Origin: Protoeuglena noctilucae
Taxonomy: Eukaryota
Assembly: GCA_958009085.1 (NCBI GenBank)
Contig: OY253679.1
Span: 496,001-560,000 of the forward strand
Reading direction: 5' to 3'
DNA length: 64,000 nucleotides
Below the pieces are notes generated by a model. That model was not told the DNA's origin, did not search any database, and worked only from the letters and a program-made list of their open reading frames with translations. Shown one piece after another: positions 62,847 to 64,000 of this stretch; position 1 is the stretch's first letter, and each line of letters starts with the position of its first letter. The position numbers and the translations under genes were made by a program.

Positions 62847-64000
62847 ATGGCGACGCTGGGGGGTGCGCTGCAAGCGAGCCTTCAGCCGCGGCTGGCAGCT
62901 GTGCACGCGGGGGCCATCCGGTCCGGGGCGAGGAGCGGCGCGGCGCTCAGGGTCTTCAGAAGCTTCCGGCAGCAAACCGTGGTGTGCAGGAGCACGGATG
63001 AGGTGCGCGTCCTGTGGCAACGATAGTTGTGCATCTGACGCGTGGGGTCTGGCGCCCGGCGGTGCGCGGACAGGGAGCCGCCGAGAGGAAGGATATCCAC
63101 GTCTGTGACGTGGGGCGGCCGCGCCGATCCCCGTCGCGGAGCCCCTATATTCGTAGCGCGCTCCCTAGCGACGTTTTGCAGCCGCGTCGCTCCGCGTCCC
63201 GCTGGCCCTTTGCAGCTGCCGATCCGGGCCAAGAGCCCCTGCCAAGTGCGAGCGTCATGCAAAGCTCCGACCCCGTATATGGCGGCGCGATGGCGCCCCA
63301 GTGTGCCTACAGTGAGCACGCCTCGCTTACCTTGGCCGCGCGATTTCCCGCAGGCTGCCCAGAACGTGGAGGAGGTGGTAGAGCCGGCCGGGCCGGAGGC
63401 ACCCCCGGAGGCTGGGCCCTCGGAGGACACCAAGACGGGGATGTCCGCGGTGATCGCGGCAGCAAAGAAGGCGATCGCGGATGGGTCGTTTGACGCGGAA
63501 GCCTTCGTGGGTGAGGTGGAGGCGCTGGGGGCGGACCTGGAGCGTGCACGCAGCGACGCAGAGCTGCGGGCGCAGGCGAAGGACGAACAGGTGCAGGCTC
63601 TGAAGGTGAGCGTCGCAGCCAGCCGCGCGATGCAACGCAGGGGCGTCGGGCTGGCTTGCACAGGCCCACGAACGCTTGTGATGGGCTCCGGTTGGCGCAG
63701 GACCAGTTCCTTCGCCTGCAAGCCGACTTCGAGAACTTCCGGAAGCGGCAGGCGGCCGAAAAGGAGCAGCTTTCGGAGAAGAACACCGCCAAGGTGGTCG
63801 AGGAGTTCATCCCTCTGGTGGACAACTTTGAGCTGGCCCGGCAGCAAGTCAAGGTGCGGCCAGGCCATGCCACAGGGCGAGGCGTCTGTCTCCCACTTGA
63901 CCGCACGGGCATGACGCGGCGCTGTTCTCGGCGTTTGCAGTGCGAGACGGAGGGGGAGGACAAGATTAACCAGGCGTACCAGGGGCTGTACCGGCAAATG
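62847..64000 (+). CDS. grpE: Plastid-type GrpE co-chaperone; runs off the window end
   Basis: Transit-peptide-like start; DQFLRLQADFENFRKRQ..VVEEFIPLVDNFELARQQVKCETEGEDKINQAYQGLYRQM. Confidence 0.93.

Overview
GC-rich, gene-dense eukaryotic nuclear DNA with many short spliceosomal introns and one 200-nt assembly gap. The gene set (AP2/ERF factor, ALDH22, TT9, SKIP31-like F-box, plastid-type GrpE and RIBA, dynein LC7) points to a compact green-algal genome; the species cannot be determined. I reconstruct about 23 spliced protein-coding genes and see no RNA genes, transposons or CRISPR arrays. Highlights: (1) a 4-exon, 84-aa gene with an in-frame TGA and a canonical SECIS element in its 3'UTR, i.e. 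a candidate selenoprotein I cannot assign to a known family; (2) an apparently catalytically dead CobB/CbiA fused through a His-rich linker to a BtuF-like binding domain; (3) an intact class A penicillin-binding protein; (4) a YeeE/YedE transporter with an in-frame TAG before its last conserved helix; (5) a receptor kinase with a CBM3-like ectodomain; (6) a Treslin-like protein with three copies of an 8-Cys module; (7) frequent GC-AG introns. Exon boundaries were assigned by eye and family calls rest on motif recognition, not database searches.
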